Counted from the first letter of the whole stretch, positions 26,137-41,618 are shown. The stretch: 63,534 nucleotides of DNA, filler included, from Trichosphaerium sp. ATCC 40318 (GCA_038496445.1; 4 parts of 4 records of this genome joined end to end with filler, not necessarily neighbours in it), one strand, 5' to 3'. Notes: generated by a model not told the origin, from the sequence alone. Translations and numbers: made by a program.

Positions 26137-27778
26137 ATGGCACTTATTCAGGCATATAGCCTCACGTTGGATACACTACATACAGTTACGCCTCAAAAGG
26201 TAATTAAAATGCTAATTAGCCCTCATAGGACATTTACGGAATGATTGTGTCCCGTTTAGACGTAAAGGATGCTTTATCGCTCTTCGCAACGAATAATACG
26301 CTAAATGAAGTACTCACTAGACTCCTACACAATTATAACTAATTCCAGATAAACAATTACGAATGGATCTGGCGATTGCTATTAAAACGCGATTATACTG
26401 ACATAATACCACTACTTGACGCGAAGAAGAGCAACATAGAAGTTTACAAGGAGCTTAGTACGTATTGAGAGTTTGTTTTATTAAAACAGCGTGAATGGCT
26501 TTAAGACAAAACTTGTTGTACCACAGGCACCACAACGTGCAAAAAACTGTTGGTGACACAAACCATTTGCCAAAAAAAAAATTTGCTCTGATGCCTATTT
26601 TTAGCCTTTAAATACCCTTCAACGTTTGGTTACAAAAGAGATGATGGGCGTGAGGCTAGCGTTATTACGAATACTAATGATGGCCGACTAAGGTTATCAA
26701 GAGCAATTGGTTACATCATTGTATGTGTCAAAACTTTGAAGGACAACATTCTCTTTTTTTTCTTACAAAAAGCTACTGTATACAGTTTTTTTGGCTGTTG
26801 CTTTCGGTTCCAAGATAGCTAGAGCTCACTTGTTATTTTAGACGGATCAATCAATCCAAAGATGGCCGTGGGTTTCTGAAATATTTGATTTAAAAGTAGC
26901 TTATTATGAAATCGAAGTCGTTGAAGGGTATGCTCAATCTTTGTTGTTGCTTTCTTTAGTTGTAAATATTAGCTAAAGAATCGTTTAGACAAGGTTGTAT
27001 TGGGTTCGGTCAGTTTAATTATACTAGAAACAATGCTGTTGGATGGAATTTACATAGTATTGGATTCCACAGTGATGATGCAGGTATGAAACAATTTTTT
27101 TGGAAATTGTTTTTCAAGTATCCTTTTTTCGTCAATTAACTGGATAATAGGAAAGTTCCATGGAAATTCAGGTTGGAAACACTCATTTACATACAAAAAT
27201 GAAGATAGAAATCTAGGTCCTGGATGCACTATTGGTGAGTTAATGTTTTTGTTTGATGAAATCTGAAAGGGTTTTTTTTTCAACTAATCTTAACTCTTTC
27301 AGGCGCAGGATTGCTTGCAAATGGCCTTGTCTTTGCTACTTTAAATGGGAAACTATGTGAACTTGGTTCAATTACTTTTTCAGAGGAAGAAAGAGATTCG
27401 GTTCATCCTACAGTTACAGTAGTTAATTCAAGCGATGTTATTAACATAAACTTTGGCAAGGTAAACTAAACTAAACTTCTTTTTTTTTTTTTTTTGACAA
27501 TCTCCTCTAAGTTAGATACTTTTATTTTCTTTTGATGTAAAACTCTTACCTGGGTATCCTTCAATCTCAAAGGAGAACAAAATTTAGTTTTGACTTTCGT
27601 TCTAACCTTTTTATTCTCACACCAAAAGGCTCGGTTTATGTTTGATGTTGGTTCTTTTTTGAAGACTCATGACTGGCTGATTAAAAAGTTGCAGGATGAT
27701 CCGGCTAAATTATTAAAAGTAAACCCTGAATGGGATCTAACAAATCCAAATGAAGAAATAGAGTTTGTACACAAATAA
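26137..27778 (+). CDS. F-box + SPRY (RanBPM-type) domain protein, multi-exon
   Basis: DIYGMIVSRLDVKDALSL...WIWRLLLKRDY, then YYEIEVVEG, AVGWNLHSIGFHSDD, GCTIG.GL, VFATLNG, INFG..FMFDV. Confidence 0.7.
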
Positions 27779-28615
27779 AAAAACACTTTACCAACTCCAT
27801 ATCGACTAACAACACATACATTAAACAAAAAAGCCTTGCCGCTTTCGTGCGAATAATAATTGTTGCAACTATCATTCGGAATGTAACAGCAACTAGATTT
27901 GTACTCGCTAAGGCAAGTTGGTAGCTAAGGACAGTGGACCATCAACACTCCAATCGTTAGGCCATAGTAGTATGCACAGCGTTTGTTTCTTCCAATTTCA
28001 TAATCGTTTTTTAAAGTATCACATGTTCTGACTTTTCACATGACAGTGATGTCTTTCACTGTAAATCGCGTTATGGTGTTTGTAAGAACAATAGTTTGCC
28101 AACCGTATATAGCTCCTAAACGAGTCTGTTACGATGTATTACTTTGCTCTCAAGGAGTCCGATACATTCTTCATTAGCGTTCTCCCAGAGTTTCCAGGCA
28201 AGCCTACATACAATGATCCTTCTACATCTGCTGCGTGTTTAAAGCGTGCCAGAAATACTGAAACCTCGCACAATGCAAGGCGACCTATCTTGCAACAACC
28301 CATACAATTGTTGCTTCTGTACACCATAAACGAGATGCCTGCGGTGCTTAAACGACTAACTTTGATAATTAGAACAGGCTACCTTGAAAATCGATAACTA
28401 CTACAATACTAAGTCTTCTCGCTAAGAGGAGTACTTCAAAGCCACGTCATTGAGTGATTAATGTGTTTGTATAAATACAAAAACGCTTTCTGTGTAGGCC
28501 GCCTACTGGACTGTATTCTCATTTCTATTGGACCGCACTGGTTATTTTGTGTAGCACATAGTCCTTTCTAGACAAACACAAGTGCAAGAACCGAAAGCTC
28601 AATAGTTCTCTGAAA

Positions 28616-29800
28616 ATGGCAAGCGCGTAAGTCAAAATCTTTCATAACTTTGTCGTATCAACTCACAATGGAGCAACAAGTGCGTAATACTTACTTTTAA
28701 TACGCCAAACCCCCGTATATGCAACTTTAAAGCGATTTTAACCCTATTGAAAGGCAAACGAAAACAAACGCATTACACTTCACGTAAGTAGTGAAAATGG
28801 AGAAGAAATATCGACTACGTATATAATACGGAAGATTAAGATATATCCATCAAAGAATATCCCATTTACTTCATTTGATATTTATTCAAACAACAAAGAA
28901 AACACAACATTCTCGCTTTACTTTGAATCAAAACACAAGCAAGACATCGTCTGTTGCAACTTCAATGGTACATACTACTATATTGAATCATCTGGATGTA
29001 ATGGAGAGAAACATTGCTATTTAGCTACATGTGATCGGGCACGTGATCTTTGAAGCTGTTTTTTTTTGATTGTTTTTTTTTAGAATGATGCTGAAAAAAT
29101 TGCGAAAGCTCTTGGTAAGGAGTTGTATTTATGTAAAGACCCTGGTATTTCATTCAAAGCACATTTCAATATTTTAAAGAAGTCCTTCAAGTCAACTGAG
29201 GACATAATCGGAACATTCCAGCTTGAGAATACACACAACGTTGCATTTAGGTGCGTTTCATTTTTGGCTTTCACATTTCTTGATTTTTTCTGGTTCAATC
29301 ACTTGTGCTGTTGTTCAAATCACGCAAACAAGTCATGTATTTCAAAGTATATGTTTTGCTATTATTGTTTATTGAAAATCTTACACAGCGTGGTAGCCAG
29401 TTTGTTTTGTTCTTCTATTTTCTAAACTAATTTTTTGTTTACAGTTACAACCATGGTGGAAACTACCGAGGAACTCACAATGGACGTTGTGAAACTTTCA
29501 CATTTGAGGCTGTAGATAGTAAAGGCGTTATACTACAACAAATACAAACAGCTGAATTCATGAGTATGAGGTATCTATGGAACACCAAATCTTAAGCCTG
29601 GAGAAAAATCAGAAGAGATACACTTCAATCTCAGAGACTGGTTCACCTTTGTTCCTGGAATATACACTATCAAGTGCCATTATTGTCTTGATGATATTAA
29701 GGAAGTTAACGACCAAAAGGGAGAGATGACAATAGCACAGCGTGTGTCAAGAAAGTGGGTATACACAGCAAGTGGTGATATTGAATTTGAGATTTGTTAA
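28616..29800 (+). CDS. Hypothetical multi-exon protein with Ig-like C-terminal segment
   Basis: Open exons bounded by GT/AG; LKPGEKSEEIHFNLRDWFTFVPGIYTIKCHY...FEIC*. Confidence 0.4.
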
Positions 29801-30524
29801 TCAAGTCAACCAAGTTTAATAAAACTGTTTATTCTCAACTTTTGTATCGACACCGAATCTTGAAATAGTTTGTGTGAGGTTGCTGCAATTTCTTGGCATT
29901 GATACGCTCCTTCAACCTGAATCCTTAAGTTCAATTAACATCTTGGTCAATGTACTACTAACTGGTATAGCTGAAGAAAATGGCGATTACTATTGAATGG
30001 TTTAAACCAATGTTCAACAATTATCATACTGTAAGTTGACCTCTAAATATTGCCACTCTGCAATATGTGTATTGTTTTTAAGTTTTTGTTGTTTGACAGG
30101 GACATCTCAACTATTTGACTTCGAAGGTTGTTATGAATATAAACTCTAGGCTGAAACTAACGTCACAGGTTTCGTACTCAAGGAGCTGTAAGTTGCAACT
30201 AACAAAAAAATCATAGACAACTACTTCTAGTTTCTCCTTTGTTTTCCCTGACGCCTTTACCTAGACTGTGCTATAATGAACATATTGCAAGTGCACATTT
30301 TGCTTCCACTGTACAGGAGCTGTTTGCACAGTTTATGAACTATAGCTTATCAACGCAAGTGCGCTAACAACATAGATACCTTGAAAATACAGTAGCAAGA
30401 AAGCACGTGGGATTTATTTATGTCACGTGAAGGTTCGGGCTCGGGGAAATTGTACAAAAAACGAACGTGACTTTTGTGGACTTTTAGATTTCTGTGCACT
30501 TGAAAGCGTTTATAGGGTGACGGA

Positions 30525-31388
30525 ATGGCATCACTTACTATTCGTGCTGCTAAACAACGCTCAAGAGCTTTGAGTTTGTACAGACAAATCCGTCGTCATG
30601 GAAAAGAGTGGGATGGTCCTGATATGGAGATAACCAAGCGCGATAAAGAGCGAGCATACATTAAAAATGAACTTCAGAGATTGTACAGGTTCGTATTTTT
30701 TAATTACCTGTATTCGTCTTTTAACGTACTAACGACCCTACAGACGCAATATAGACATTATAGACCCAGAAGTGATAGACGCGAAGTTATTTGAGGCAGA
30801 AACGGTAATTTCATAACTCAATAGTTTAAAATCACTGCAAATACGAGCCCAGGGAAATCTTTTGATCATCACTGATTTCATAACGCCGTTTTTGTCATGC
30901 TTAAAACCGTCAACAACGCATGAAGTCCATGACAGATTGCCTCAAGAAGCTTACTTTTACTTTTTTTTCAAACAAACATCGTAACATCTCTACAAACCCA
31001 GGATGCTCCACAAATCGCTTTAACCATCAAAATACAGCGTTTGCTATATTTCTCCACGTGCCTTGTAACTCACTCCATTCACAGAGGATGGAACTAGCCA
31101 TGCACTACAAAATACCATATCCAAGGTCTTGTTATGTTACAGGCGTCACAGCGGACACATTGGCTAATAAGCACCTGACATCTTTCTGTGATGCTGCTTA
31201 CATGCACAGCTACTACCACGACGAGAACGAAGGCAAATCAATGCCAAAGGGATTTGTCAAAAAGACTGTAAGATCTCAAGAAAAAACGAGGGGCAGGCAC
31301 GTAGACATACACGCTCTACGTACCACTAATTTTTTTGTGCTTATTTTGTTTAATTTTTAGAGAAGCTGCAGACGAAGGCATGTTCTAA
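30525..31388 (+). CDS. LYRM1: LYR-motif protein, LYRM1-like
   Basis: ALSLYRQIRR...ERAYIKNE...RMELAMHYKIPYPR. Confidence 0.8.
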
Positions 31389-31602
31389 TAGTCAACTTAA
31401 ACGTGTCAATGGAGCTGTATTGTAAATAATAACGGTTTTTTTTATAATAACACCGAAACGACTGAACAAGGTGTTAAACAATATGTACTGTATAGATAGA
31501 AACCTAAAACCAATTACTAATTACCTTGGCTTTTTTTTAATTTATTTACAATCACAGCGGCTGGCATCCGCGTTAACAACACCTACAACATGCTTATAGT
31601 AT

Positions 31603-32517
31603 CTAGTTGGCCTTGTTTTCCAGTTTAAAAATTTTATCTGCAAACTCGTTCTTCAGCTTGGACCAAAACAATAGTTCTGCTACAGCCGTTAAACAGTCAT
31701 CTTGGATATCACGTTTGAAAGCTCCAGAAACAACTTCTAAACAAGCCTTTTCTTTCTCTACTACTTGATCCCTTGACTCTGTAAGCTCTGTTACATCCGT
31801 AGATGATTCTAGTGTCTCTCGTAAATCAAAAACTTGCATAAGTAAATCAGGTGTCAAATTATGCTTCCCTTCTGTTTCTACATCTACGCCACGTAATTTA
31901 AGCTGCAGTTCCAGTTAGAATATCATCAACAAACAAAATTCGAACAAAAGTGGAGAAACAAGTGATAAAAAGAACGTTGATTGGCGTGACGCGCTTACGA
32001 GATACGTACCAAGTAAATGGCTCTTTCAGCTGGATCCTTTAGTGTATCATAACTTAGGTTAATATTGGACGATATTTTTGCTGCCTCTGTACGCTCTGCC
32101 TAACCACTATTAAGTGTTTGCGATTATGATCGCTATTTAGAAAATACGTAACGGAATTTTTGACGTGGTGTTGCTCAAATGACCCGTCTACGCTACGATA
32201 ATTGTTTTACGTACATTTGGAGCTTGACTGAATTTGTCAGGGTGATAAGTACGTTGGAGATCTTTAAATGATGTATGAAGCGCTGAAGTATTAATGTCAA
32301 ACTCTACAGGCCTATTTGAATGTTGTAAAAACCAGATCAAATAAGCAAAAACTTACAATGAAAAGTACTCAAAATAATTCTTCTGCGCATACGTCGCATG
32401 TTTGTTACGAACTACAGAATGTCTTGTCTGTTGAGCTCCAATCGCCCAAATACTCTTTGAAATTGTCGACGGACGCGCAATAAAGCCATTCCGGCATAGG
32501 CTGACTCTTCCCAACAT
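31603..32517 (-). CDS. HSCB: Mitochondrial Fe-S cluster co-chaperone HscB/Hsc20/Jac1
   Basis: Presequence; [11 protein letters not shown]...[13 protein letters not shown] (J domain HPD); [19 protein letters not shown]; [12 protein letters not shown]. Confidence 0.88.
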
Positions 32518-32617
32518 TTTCTGTTACCGACAAGCGTATTTGACACTAAAATCCGGAAATTTCTCTCAAGTTGCTTTTTTACCTTTTTTCAGACCAAGAA
32601 AACAACAACTCTTAAAA

Positions 32618-34388
<1,771 letters not shown>

Positions 34389-34723
34389 GTTTCCTTCTCT
34401 TCTGCGTTATAAACGCACGTGAGAGTTTCTGAGTGACGAAGACGGCTTGTAATGACACTTACAGATCAAGCAAATTGTTGCTCAATTTTTATCAAAAAAA
34501 AAAAAAGCATTAAAAAAAACTTAAAATAAACCTAAATCTCTACGGTATTATCGTCTTTTTTGCTCATAAGCAGTTGCTTCATGGACTGTTATTGGTGTAC
34601 AAGATTGTCTCAATTGGGTAACGTAAGCAGAAATGGTGTAGTTGTCCTTTTAAAAAAGACTTCTGAAGACCGTAGTTGGTAATTACCCGACCGGTACACT
34701 AGTACCTTGCGTTTTTTGTACCT

Positions 34724-37184
34724 ATGAAAGTACTATTGTTGCTTTCGGTGCTGTATACGCTTTATTGCGCAAATGCTCAAATAGTAACTTGCGCAACACT
34801 TCCTACATCTCACCCTTGCTCTTACTACAATCTTACAACACCCGTGGCTACACAAGTAGCCTTGACGGCTTCATTTCCATCAATTGACGTTCTCATTGGC
34901 AATTACGCTAACTCGTCAAACCTTGTGTCTTTGGCTTCTTTTACATCAACAGAGTAAGCGAATTTCACTTGACACGATCAAAACGTTGGATATTCTTCTC
35001 ATTCTATTGATAGATGTGGTCTAGCCATCAAAGAGTACACTTGCAAGTTTATATTTCGTACTATGACGCAGTGCCCTTCAATTCCTCAAACTCCATGCGT
35101 ATCGCTTTGCGAACGCGTGCTTAGCGCTTGTGCTTCTGTTTTCGAGACGACTCCGTCATTAAAGTTAAATTGTTCCGCTGTTGAAGGACCGTTTGCAGGT
35201 ACCATAAGTTACGCTAATATAATGTTTACAGCCTTAGGTGGATTGTTTTTACCTGCATTTGAAGAGCCACCAAGATGTAATTCGTTAACTACAAAGTTTA
35301 CGCCTGAGGATTGCGTAGCACCACTAGCCTATGATCCTATTGACGATAAATGTGGGTTACAGTGCCCATTAGTAAACTGTCGTGCAGAAAAACTTGTGCG
35401 TAAATGGACGCATCTCAACGAATAGCTAAATCCTATGCGCTTAGATTGCCAATATAGGCATACCAATATCATTTATAGTGTCAGTTATAGCATTGACACT
35501 ACATACATCCAGCCAAGACTATAAGAATAAGTCTGTTGCTTCTTTATACTTTCTACTCGAATACTGGTACAAAGACTTTTTGTTTTGACTACTTGAACTT
35601 TTTTGCTACGCGCGTAGAGATTGATTTTTTTTTCCTTCTAGGTTTTCAGTACTTACAAGTGCTGCCTTTCTTATTGTTCCTCTATGGGGATGGGACAACG
35701 TTCAATGCACTAATTCAGCTAGAGCTGTTAAAACTTTTGCTGAAAATCCAATTTGCATCATACACGGTACGCAATATTATCATTACAACATGTTTGGGTG
35801 TTTGTAATTCTTCAAGTTACTCAGTTCTGTGTAGGTGCTTTAAGCCTTTATTTCTCAACGCTGACGCTGTATTACTGGTTGTGTGGTGGTCTAGCTACCG
35901 CTTGGACATTATATAATCTGAGGGTGGCAAAAATAAAAGATCATAGCATACTGGAACGGTAAGTTAATATAAGCTCTCATTTTTTTCTTTGTTTTTTTTT
36001 CTCATTTTTTTCTTTGTTTTTTTATAGGTTGGGTTGGCTTCTCATACCAGCAATTATACCTACAATATTTATTATTACAGTTCTATCACGTGGAGAAATT
36101 GGAGGACCATCTATTATTTGTTTACCAGGATGTACAAGTACGTAAACCTTTTTTTTTTGGAAATTTCTTGATTATCTGAAAGAAACTTGCTGATTTATGT
36201 TCTTTTAGTGGTAGTACCAAATGCTGCTTTTAAGTACACATATACTGTTATTATTCTACTACCACTTCCTATTGGAACAATTGGGAGCTGTTATGTCATC
36301 TACAAGATATCTCAAGTACGTAGTGGTTCCCTTTTTTTCAACTACACGTGTTTACCTACGTGCCAATTTAGTTGAAATTTCTAAAAATATTTTTGTCTTT
36401 TTCCTCGTAGCTAGCAACATGTGCATGCTTATGCGGTTAATCAAAGGGTATAAAACAAGTTAGAAAGCTTAATGCTAGCAGAAATACAGACGAAAAGAAT
36501 TACCTTGCCGCTAAGATGCTTATGTATCATCATGTTATATCAGTCTGGGTTTTACTGCTTGGCGTTGCTTTTCTAGTGCTATCTAACGAAGCACTACATC
36601 CGCAACTGATAGCAAGGTTTCAAACTAACCTACTATGCCCTGCTCTTAACGATCCATCAACTTGTGGTACCAACGACGCAGTACAATATTTATACTGATA
36701 CGAAGCTAGAAAGCATTGACATGTGGCCTGATTACATCAACTTCATTGGTACTATTACTTGGTCTTTATTTCCTCTTCCTATTGTCCTTCTACTACTCAG
36801 TACGTTTGCGTAGTTCACAAAGTTTTACGTGCTCGAGAATAACTTCTCTGACTTTTTTGTAGTAATAAACACGAGATACTGGAATAGGCTTAAAGCTAGG
36901 GTAGTTTCTTTTGTTTTTTGTAGGAGACAGCCGAAAGAAATTATACCCGGTTCAAGTAGTTGTTCACCTACTACTCTAGATGCTTCATCGTCAAGGGGCG
37001 CTGGTATGTACTGCAACCTTCTAGGTTCAATCAATGAACGATTTTAGACCTTTTTTGTAACATTTTATTGGTAGGAAGTGTCGCCTTTTCACTTGAGAAC
37101 GAGCAGCTCACGTTAGGCTCACACCAAGAAATACAATTAGATACAATGAAAACATCAAATTTAAATCATAGATCACACACGTGA
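34724..37184 (+). CDS. Frizzled/Smoothened-like 7TM receptor with cysteine-rich domain
   Basis: Signal peptide; CRD CGLAIKEYTCK...PCVSLCERVLSAC...LNC; linker CVAPL...CGLQCP; several hydrophobic exons and GGPSIICLPG loop. Confidence 0.7.
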
Positions 37185-37662
37185 TCGCGTACATGCGTGA
37201 GAAAGAGCAGCTCAACAAAAACTAAAAAAAACTGTTGAACAAAAAAGGAGTTCTCTACAATAAACAATTCTGTATTTTTAGTTTTGGTTGTAACATTCTT
37301 CCTTACCAGACCAGGTGGTATCACCTGGAGTTTTTGTGCAACGCAAAAAGTTAGTGCCTTTTTTTCAGCTTTTACTGCAAACTTTTTCCTACGCGTTGTA
37401 AATACGCTCAGCATCGGTTACCCTGTTTCTATAGCGTAACTAAACGTTACAAGCTATTTATAATCTCCATGAAAAGAGACTCAAAGTTTTTACTTTTTTA
37501 GCATATTTTCTAACGTTAGAGTCATTGTAAGGTGTAATCTAGCGGGGTTTAAATGTAGTGATCTTAATGACGTTTTCCGTTTAAGCCTCTTTTTCAAAAA
37601 TTGATTCGCCTAAAGCGCAGTTAGGTGTAACAAATTTCAATAACAACAATAGTAACGCAGCA

Positions 37663-39050
37663 ATGCAATCAATTAAACTCGTAGTAGTCGGTGACGGAGC
37701 AGTCGGTATTGCACTTTGTAAATAAAGCGTTTGTTGTTAACTTATTTTAGGTAAAACTTGCTTGCTCATTTCCTACACCTCCAATAGGTACAAAAACGCG
37801 ATTATTCATTTTTATAACGCGATCCGCCTCTGGAGCCTTTATATGCACCAGTGGTGATTTAAAATGCAAAAACAATCAGTTTTGATTATTTTGCGCCGCT
37901 GGAGCGCAATCTCCTTTTGATTGTCTTGAATACTGACTAAGCGCCTTAGTTTCCCAAAAGAATACGTCCCAACTGTATTCGACAACTATTCAGGTACTTA
38001 GACAAGATTTTTGACGCTTCTCTTTCACAAGATGACACTTTTTGACCTTATACTCACTCGTTTGTTTAGCAAACGTACGCGTTGCTGATAAAACAGTATC
38101 CTTGGGTCTTTGGGATACGGTACGCACTTTTTAACTCGAGTTTTTATAAAAATCCTTTTACTGACGCATTACTTTAGGCCGGTACGTTATTATACAATAC
38201 AATGAATCAATTTAAGACGTTCCTCCTCAAAATAAAACCGAAAATGCGAAACGAGAGTTTACCACGCCAAAAAACATCTTTGCAATAACAATACTATTAC
38301 ACACGCTTATACACAACGCTTTGTGGTGGTCTTGACTCAATCTAATAATTTTTTTTTGAACCTTTTTGTTCTGGCGTTGTTTGTAGACTCACAGTTCAAT
38401 AGGCCAAGAAGATTACGATCGTCTCCGTCCTCTTTCCTACCCAGTAAGTTTTTTTTTTTGACTTTTTTCTTTTTCCGTCCTTCGTCTTCGCTTCGTTGCA
38501 ACTTACATGGTACTTGTAGCAAACTGATGTGTTCTTGATATGTTTCAGTGTTATCTCCCCTACTTCTTTCTCTAATGTCAGAACAAAGGTAACGTTATTG
38601 GAGCTTTATTTTTTGGTCGAACATTTTTTTAATAATATTATCGGCTTTTTTGGGGCTCACGCTTTTTTGTGTAGTGGTGGCCTGAAGTAACACATCATTG
38701 TCCTACTGCCAAGATCATTCTCGTTGGTACCAAACTCGATCTTCGTGAGGACCAAGAAAAACTTGACAGCCTAAAGGAGAAAGGTCTCTCCCCTGTCACA
38801 CCAGATCAAGTACGTTTTTTGTTTATAATTACTGTGAAATGTGGCCGTATTTGTTCTTTTTTTCTTATTTGGATTTTTAAAGGGTGAACAAATGGCTCGC
38901 GAAATTAAGGCCGTAAAATACATGGAGTGCTCAGCTTTGACACAAAAGGGCCTCAAACAAGTGTTTGACGAAGCCATCAAAGCAGTCATTCTCCCTGACC
39001 GTGCCAACAAACCAGCACGCTCTAGCCGTAGAGGTTGCACTGTCTTGTAG
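37663..39050 (+). CDS. rac: Rac-family small GTPase
   Basis: [23 protein letters not shown]...[10 protein letters not shown]...[19 protein letters not shown]...GTKLD...ECSAL...CTVL* (CaaX); includes a 4-nt exon. Confidence 0.96.
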
Positions 39051-39823
39051 ACTATGCGTTTAGCCTTCTCACTGCTCGAATATCGGCGGTTATCTCCTTT
39101 ACCCACTTATTTTGTTTGTTTATGGGGCCTGTAAAATAAACAATCCTTAGAAAGGATATTGTTAAAATATAGTACTCATATTGCGACTCCCTTGTTATCA
39201 ACCAAAGTCACTGAGAAAAACATTGTAGTTCGTGTTGTCTTATTTTCGTAATATTTTTGCATTGATGCCATTTGCAGTTTTTGAAATTGAACTAGTGTCA
39301 CAAGAGTATCCAGGTATTTTTAAAGTTTTGTCCTTACAATTGGTGTTGCACATAAGAAAAAGTTAGCCATTGGTTTTGTTTATGTATTGCTTTTATTTCT
39401 TATTGACACTATGAGACAACTGTTTTATTCGTAATTGGGTTCAAAGCTACGGAAATGTCTTCGTTAAAAACTGGTACAAACCACGTTACTGTATCAATAC
39501 CAATTTTTTCAGGGCAAGATAGAGGTCGTAATTTATCGTATCCTGGTCACCATAAATGAAGATCAATTGGAACACTCCATAGGATACACTAATGGTAAAG
39601 CTTGCAAGGGTTACCTAAGCTCACAAACTGTCCCGAACAACGAGGAAGCTATCACAAAACAAAGGTCAAATCTGTTAGAATAGAATGTGCATGTATTACA
39701 CTTACAGTACATATCTAACAACAACAAACGCTTTTTTAGCCTTCAGAGTGTAATTCGTGACCGATTTCTTTTTGTAAAGCGTGTAAACTATGTCTATCAA
39801 CTAATTTGTACGTATTAAGACGT

Positions 39824-40081
39824 TTATTGGGTCTCTCGAAGTACAAGAGTATAAACTATCATTTCTGAAGTATTTGCAACGCATAGTAGCTCATAACCTA
39901 TCGTAAAAGCTTTTTGTAGACAATCAGCGACGTTAATACCCTTCACATAGCCTGTTCTAGTTCGTTTCTTTGAACAAATCTCTGCTGCATCTTCTCCCGT
40001 TATGCGCCCTTGGGTTTCTTCTAAACGGATTAGTAGCGTCTTTTTAATTGATGTCCCTGTCTTTCCAGTTATATATGCCAT
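39824..40081 (-). CDS. Small protein, possibly GFRP-like fold
   Basis: 85-aa intronless ORF; LQKAFTIGYELLCVANTSEMIVYTLVLRE echoes the GFRP C-terminal pattern. Confidence 0.35.
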   Translation of the reverse strand: MAYITGKTGTSIKKTLLIRLEETQGRITGEDAAEICSKKRTRTGYVKGINVADCLQKAFTIGYELLCVANTSEMIVYTLVLRETQ

Positions 40082-40793
40082 TGTTTGTGTGTAGTGTTTA
40101 CGTGTGTGTTGGGTAAAGTCTTGGCCTGACTTTTTTGGGATTTTGTCGGGGTAATTCCTAAAATGGTCAGAATTATACCCAGATTTACAAAAGATTTTAA
40201 GCTTAAAATCTCTATTTTCTGTAGCATGTTGTGGCTTCACTACAACTTGTAAATTTAAATAACATTTGTGTGTACTGTGTTGAACTGATTGTATTGATAG
40301 CAACAAGGAAAGCTCATTGAAGATGATCTGCCACCTCCATCATTTGCAAGCAGCTTCAATAAATCATTGTTCTAGAGTTAAGAAGGTAGGCAGTGTTTTA
40401 TACACCGTCATAAATTATCACATTTATTGGCTGCGCCACAGTGGTATATGTGTAGCATATGCTAACTGTGCATAAACCTTAGAGGATTAGAATTTGCGTT
40501 AATTTACCAGGATGTCTAACATACTGTATCTCATTTGTTAGCAACTGTGCAAAGTGGTTTGGAAGCAATACTAGAATAACGTACAGTCCGAAACCAATTC
40601 AATCAGTTTTCTGTTTTTAGTAAACTTCGTGTTAAAAGAATAACGTTGTTTGCAGACAAACTTAGAAAGTACTTTGAACACCTTTTTGGTGGCTAAGCTA
40701 GATTTTATTGTACAACGAATATTTGGGCATTGCTCAAGAACGGTTTTATTCATTTTTTACAAGGGTGAATAAGTTCATTACAACACGTGTTTC

Positions 40794-41222
40794 TCAGCAA
40801 GTTTGACCACAAACAGCTTCATTCCAGCAACACCATTTGCTACTTCTGATACGGAAACATAATGGAGATCCAGGGTAACAGTATGCAGTTGAACCTATAA
40901 AAACGAAAAGTAAGTACCGCAAAAGTACACCAAAATAAGCACTCAAATACTCTTTTCTTTTTTCACGTACATTGACCACGTTTTTCACGACCACGTCTTC
41001 TCCATCCAGGAGGACACCATCCATTTTCATCACATGATTCACCACAAAGTAATGGACCTTGCTAAATGATAGAGTTAGTCATTTGTAGATAACACTATGG
41101 AGTAGCGTTTTTGACTTACCTCAGTTGCTCTTTTGGCTCCTTTCGCTGATATCGTTAGATTGGACCGCCAAGGCAACAGTCAATGCCATGAGGACAAAAG
41201 CGAAAAGTATAGTTATTTTCAT
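40794..41222 (-). pseudogene. Small secreted 10-Cys peptide precursor, 3 exons, +1 frameshift in exon 1
   Basis: Signal MKITILFAFVLMALTVALA; exons 2-3 give QGPLLCGESCDENGWCPPGWRRRGREKRGQCSTAYCYPGSPLCFRIRSSKWCCWNEAVCGQTC*. Confidence 0.6.
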
Positions 41223-41518
41223 TGTTATTTTAATTAGAGTTGTTGTTGTTGTTGGGATAGATTTGGTTTTATGATTTGTTTGAGAAACAAACTTAACAAC
41301 AACAGTTTACCGTAAACCATTTTTTTCTGTTAATTTTCCATTCATGGATTAACACTTTATCCTAAAGCTGGTTGTACCATTATTCGTAGAATATTTATAA
41401 CCCTTGAATTTAAGATGCTATTGTTAAACAATGTACTATATTCGCTGTAACAAAAAACTTAAAGTGTTGAAGTTCTTATTGAATAATTGCTTTCATTAAT
41501 CATTACTTTATGAAAAAA

Positions 41519-41618
41519 NNNNNNNNNNNNNNNNNNNNNNNNNNNNNNNNNNNNNNNNNNNNTTAATTAATTAANNNNNNNNNNNNNNNNNNNNNNNNNN
41601 NNNNNNNNNNNNNNNNNN
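41519..41618. other. Artificial contig spacer
   Basis: N44-TTAATTAATTAA-N44. Confidence 0.97.
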
